Part shown: piece by piece, positions 62,759 through 64,000 of the stretch
Layout: the number at the start of each line of letters is the position of its first letter
Position numbering within the stretch: the stretch's first letter is position 1
From: an uncultured Nitrososphaerales archaeon
GTDB taxonomy: Archaea; Thermoproteota; Nitrososphaeria; Nitrososphaerales; Nitrososphaeraceae
Assembly: GCA_963841565.1 (NCBI GenBank)
Contig: CAWJCY010000003.1
Location: 32,001-96,000, forward strand
Direction of reading: 5' to 3'
Length of the DNA stretch: 64,000 bases
Translations under genes and position numbers: made by a program
Notes under the pieces: model-generated
What the model saw: the letters and a program-made list of their open reading frames with translations, nothing else
What the model was told of the DNA's origin: nothing
Database searches by the model: none

Positions 62759-63685
62759 TCATTGAATCGCCTTACCTTTGAGGAGAAGAGGTATCTCAGC
62801 GGGAGTTTTTGCCACGGGAATGCCTAATCGACCAAAGCTCTCAAATTTGGATTCTGCTGAACCGTACTTTCCATACACTATTGCGCCTGCGTGACCCATC
62901 TTCTTTTCCTTCGGAGCAGATCTACCAGCGATATACGCTACCATGTGACCTGTGATACCCTTGGCTTCAAGATGGCTTACAAATTTTTCTTCAGCATCCC
63001 CACCAATTTCTCCCACAATCACAATTGGATCACTACTACCAGCAGTCCTTACCATTTCGATTGCTTCAATTAAATTGGTACCATTGATCGGATCGCCACC
63101 TATTCCAAGGCAGATTTTCTGCCCAAAGCCATTCCTTGACAAATTGAAGGCAACTTCATACATAAGGGTGCCACTTCTTGAGAAAACTATCGTTTTACCA
63201 GGGGTAAAAGGATCGGCGGGCATTATCCCTATCTTAATCGTTCCCGGAACGATGATCCCTGGCGTGTTTGGACCGATGATTCTTGCCCCTCTCTCCTTAG
63301 CATATTCAATTACTCTCATAGAATCTCTCATGGGTACATGTTCCGGTATCGCTACAATTAGCTTAATCCCATTTTCCAATGATTCCATTGCAGCGTCTAG
63401 GAAGTGAGGAGCAGGAACAAAAACAACGGATATTTTTGCATTAGTATTCGAGACTGCTTCACTTACGTTATTATATATAGGAACGCCTTCGAACATTTTA
63501 CCCCCTTTTCCAGGGGTTACACCAGCTACAATATTGGTACCGTACTCTCTCATTAACTTAGTATGAACAGATCCGAAACTGCCTGTTATGCCTTGCACTA
63601 TCACAGGTTGCCTCGTGTAATCTGAATCTCCAATATTCCCAACAAGAACCCTCATCAAGTCATAATCATAAGTCTGTTTGGTCAT
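62759..63685 (-). CDS. sucD: Succinyl-CoA synthetase alpha subunit
   Basis: QGITG..G, GVTPGKGG, GPNTPG, SRSGTL, GEIGG, MGHAGA. Confidence 0.97.
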   Translation of the reverse strand: MTKQTYDYDLMRVLVGNIGDSDYTRQPVIVQGITGSFGSVHTKLMREYGTNIVAGVTPGKGGKMFEGVPIYNNVSEAVSNTNAKISVVFVPAPHFLDAAMESLENGIKLIVAIPEHVPMRDSMRVIEYAKERGARIIGPNTPGIIVPGTIKIGIMPADPFTPGKTIVFSRSGTLMYEVAFNLSRNGFGQKICLGIGGDPINGTNLIEAIEMVRTAGSSDPIVIVGEIGGDAEEKFVSHLEAKGITGHMVAYIAGRSAPKEKKMGHAGAIVYGKYGSAESKFESFGRLGIPVAKTPAEIPLLLKGKAIQ

Positions 63686-64000
63686 AGTATTGCCTTTCCT
63701 TCCTGGGACTTTATTCCCTGCACAGCAGCTTGGATTGCATCCTCGATCCTATCAAATAAATGAGCCTTTGAGCCGTTAAGTATCTCCTTAGCCTTAAGTG
63801 ATTCCGCCCCTGAGATTCTGGCGAATAGGGGTACCACTATTAGGTTGTTTGAATAAGCCCTTAGGATTCCTTGGGCAACCAGATCGGTACGTACAATGCC
63901 ACCAAATAAATTAACAACAATTGTTTGAACTGTCTTGACTCTACTGATAACCGTAAGTGCTTGATAAATTGTTTCCGACGTTGCACTACCACCAAAATCT
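63682..64000 (-). CDS. sucC: Succinyl-CoA synthetase beta subunit, 3' end only
   Basis: DFGGSA...NLFGGIVRTD.VAQG; stop overlaps the sucD start. Confidence 0.9.
   Translation of the reverse strand, partial: DFGGSATSETIYQALTVISRVKTVQTIVVNLFGGIVRTDLVAQGILRAYSNNLIVVPLFARISGAESLKAKEILNGSKAHLFDRIEDAIQAAVQGIKSQEGKAIL

Noticed and set aside
1-64000. Mobile elements, provirus or defence island
   Set aside because: No transposase, integrase, terminal repeats or evident compositional break; the nuclease, methyltransferase and ATPase genes are scattered among core genes

Overview
Core-chromosome segment of an ammonia-oxidiser-type archaeon (Nitrososphaerota, probably Nitrososphaeraceae; inferred from gene content). 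It carries RNA-processing genes (rnhB, fibrillarin, Nop5, Tsr3, RNase P RNA, RsmB/NOP2, Nip7), a Dpp/Opp-type ABC transporter, TFB, aIF-1, Sec61beta, tRNA-Val(CAC), F420 genes (cofD, cofC), citrate synthase and a near-complete archaeal shikimate/aromatic operon. It also has 3HP/4HB-cycle genes (methylmalonyl-CoA mutase subunits, MeaB, epimerase, 3-hydroxybutyryl-CoA dehydrogenase), ilvC, ilvD, metG, cysS, aRF1, YchF, RpoP, a proteasome beta subunit and sucD/sucC. I found no CRISPR array, transposase or integrase. Many genes are split by single-base frameshifts that look like long-read indel errors. The best leads are a stand-alone PqqD/RRE-like gene, a stand-alone MORC/GHKL-type ATPase next to psmB, an orphan SPPY-type DNA methyltransferase inside the aro operon, two AhcY paralogues (one lacking its C-terminal tail), a secreted Gln/Pro-repeat protein and six Cys-rich micro-proteins, four of them missing from the ORF track. 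The sequence alone does not demonstrate a complete novel multi-gene system. All product calls come from motif recognition, not database searches.
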